From positions 1 to 14,281 of the forward strand of contig MNXM01000111.1 of NCBI GenBank assembly GCA_001872605.1: a stretch of DNA of 14,281 nucleotides. Reading direction: 5' to 3'. Made by a program: the position numbers and the translations under genes. The DNA is from Armatimonadetes bacterium CG2_30_59_28. Its GTDB lineage: Bacteria > Armatimonadota > Abditibacteriia > CG2-30-59-28. The first letter of the stretch is position 1, and every line of letters begins with the position of its first letter. The notes under the pieces were generated by a model. The model had not been told where the DNA came from. It searched no databases and saw only the letters and a list, made by a program, of their open reading frames with translations. Positions 14,241-14,281 of this stretch are shown piece after piece.

Positions 14241-14281
14241 CCCTTTCAACCCGTGTTCGTGCCGAACACGGGTTGAAAGGG
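14241..14281. repeat. Perfect palindrome: 19-bp arms CCCTTTCAACCCGTGTTCG / CGAACACGGGTTGAAAGGG with a 3-nt loop, abutting the window end
   Basis: The right arm reverse-complements exactly to the left arm with no mismatch. The structure ends at the last base of the window and may extend further. It is preceded by the T-rich stretch TCTTTTTCTCC. Confidence 0.9.

Noticed and set aside
1-14281. CRISPR arrays, tRNA or rRNA genes, IS elements
   Set aside because: No spaced direct repeats, no cloverleaf-compatible segments and no transposase-like ORFs were seen. The only strong repeat is the single terminal palindrome.

Overview
GC-rich (~60%) bacterial chromosomal window with densely packed genes on both strands and no rRNA, tRNA or CRISPR array detected. 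Features are listed left to right.

- **1-250:** a low-GC stub holding a possible Cys-rich C-terminal ORF fragment.
- **253-4154, minus strand:** a four-gene operon. It encodes a succinylglutamate-desuccinylase/aspartoacylase-family protein, a hotdog acyl-CoA thioesterase, a signal-peptide-less Cys-type (CSPSR) sulfatase and a URO-D-family protein.
- **4193-5724, minus strand:** a gene-decay scar. It is a 5'-truncated aldo/keto reductase fused to the frameshifted, internally deleted remains of an N6-adenine DNA methyltransferase of the type IIG / BREX PglX kind. Motif I and the typical C-terminal tail survive; the catalytic core is gone.
- **5725-6383:** a low-GC intergenic island. It contains a tiny CxxC..CxxC zinc-ribbon ORF with a perfect SD but no canonical start, and a consensus TTGACA/TATAAT promoter.
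- **6384-8920, plus strand:** a LeuB/TtuC-family dehydrogenase, overlapped by a standalone Mut7-C (PF01927) RNase-domain protein with its C-terminal zinc ribbon, then a secreted hypothetical protein with two STN/secretin-N-like repeats.
- **8923-11477:** an M48 (BepA-like HEITH) metallopeptidase transcribed divergently from a translationally coupled pair. The pair is a helical hypothetical protein followed by an SPFH/Band-7 (PF13421-like) protein with a fused C-terminal double zinc ribbon.
- **11490-13418, minus strand:** a DUF2723 (GT-C-type) membrane glycosyltransferase-like protein with an apparently leaderless start.
- **13556-13872, minus strand:** an orphan Flp-family pilin gene with a strong SD, an extended -10 promoter overlapped by an 8-bp inverted repeat, and a rho-independent terminator.
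- **13947-14281:** a probable SGNH-hydrolase fragment and, at the very end of the window, a perfect 19-bp-arm palindrome.

No single textbook system such as a complete R-M, CRISPR or toxin-antitoxin locus is intact here. The items most worth a second look are the methyltransferase remnant, the SPFH-zinc-ribbon pair, the mini zinc-ribbon ORF, the orphan flp locus and the terminal palindrome.
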